From Botryllus schlosseri (lineage: Eukaryota), in the NCBI GenBank assembly GCA_051294905.1, contig CM119372.1, positions 17,486,001 through 17,550,000 on the forward strand: a stretch of DNA of 64,000 bases, written 5' to 3'. The first letter of the stretch is position 1; every line of letters starts with the position of its first letter. Shown one piece after another: positions 63,341-64,000 of this stretch. Made by a program: the position numbers and the translations under genes. The notes beneath the pieces are model-generated. The model saw nothing but the letters and a program-made list of their open reading frames with translations, ran no database searches and had not been told where the DNA came from.

Positions 63341-64000
63341 TCCGTATTGTTACTTTGGAAGCAATAAGTGAGGAGCAGCGCAAACCGCAAGCGTATTGGC
63401 CATTGTTGTGCAAGCGATGAGCATTCACACTCTCACTCTCAGTCTCTCACTGCGCAATGCGCATTTGCTCCGAGCTCGACTGCTTATTCCAGACGGCATT
63501 TGCGTCACAATGAAAAACTGATTTTTAGGGGTTCCAGGAACACCAGCACAATACAATTGATATTATCGTAATCAATACCCCGGTGGCTTTCGATTGATAA
63601 CAATTTCATAAAATTACCGTCGGTCAAAAATTACCGTCAAATTGCCTTTAGCCCTGGGGTGGCCAACCTTTTCGGCCGGAGGGCCACATGCAATTGACGA
63701 ACCATTGCGAGTGCCACTAGCCGCGCCAAGCGCGAAAATTTTCCGAAGTTTATAGGTCAATAATATTGTTACTTGAGTAAATTGCGGGTCTGCTGTAGCG
63801 TGTATATCTCTGGGCTCGGTTTGCAAGGACTGGACTATTTGGCACCTGGACATATCGATATCGAGAGGTTCGGCCAACATGCGTCAAACACTTTGTCCAG
63901 AAATCCAGTGACAACATATTGTGCGAAGGGTGAAGCGCAAATTATTTTGCTTTATTGTAATGTACGAAGATCGACCAAAATGTGACTGGTCCGTGGATCT

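Noticed and set aside
63773..63985. ORF resembling 188-394 (LQGxDY..GHIxIExFGQ), suggesting a third paralog of gene A
   Set aside because: It lies inside a hAT MITE with no upstream exons, and the shared DNA is one arm of a palindromic repeat. The similarity is better explained as transposon sequence.

Overview
This is AT-rich eukaryotic (animal) genomic DNA with many very short introns (about 58-68 nt) and dense DNA-transposon content. It looks like a compact marine-invertebrate genome, possibly an ascidian, but that is an inference only. All gene models were spliced by hand from GT-AG sites and reading-frame continuity. Four protein-coding loci are supported. (A) 1-3993 (-) and (B) 11496-13185 (+) are divergently oriented, related type II membrane proteins with coiled coils; A may end in a C-type-lectin-like domain, and B has a tetherin-like layout whose hydrophobic tail is cut by a MITE. 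(C) About 22812-32024 (-) is a KIAA1549/UPF0606-like type I membrane protein whose ectodomain carries a 10-Cys Ly6/uPAR-type domain and Ser-Gly glycosaminoglycan sites. (D) 43456-58474 (+) is an Mnt-like SID-bHLH-Zip repressor of about 1,010 aa with a methionine-rich low-complexity C-terminus. The remainder is a nested transposon landscape: many hAT MITEs with 8-bp target-site duplications (TSDs), some nested 3-4 deep; two copies of a three-TIR non-autonomous hAT carrying an unusual transposase remnant; a MULE/foldback element with a telomere-like minisatellite; a Penelope-like element with minimal hammerhead ribozymes; a Chapaev3 remnant; LINE 3' ends; and a tRNA-derived SINE. No rRNA, intact tRNA or CRISPR array is seen.
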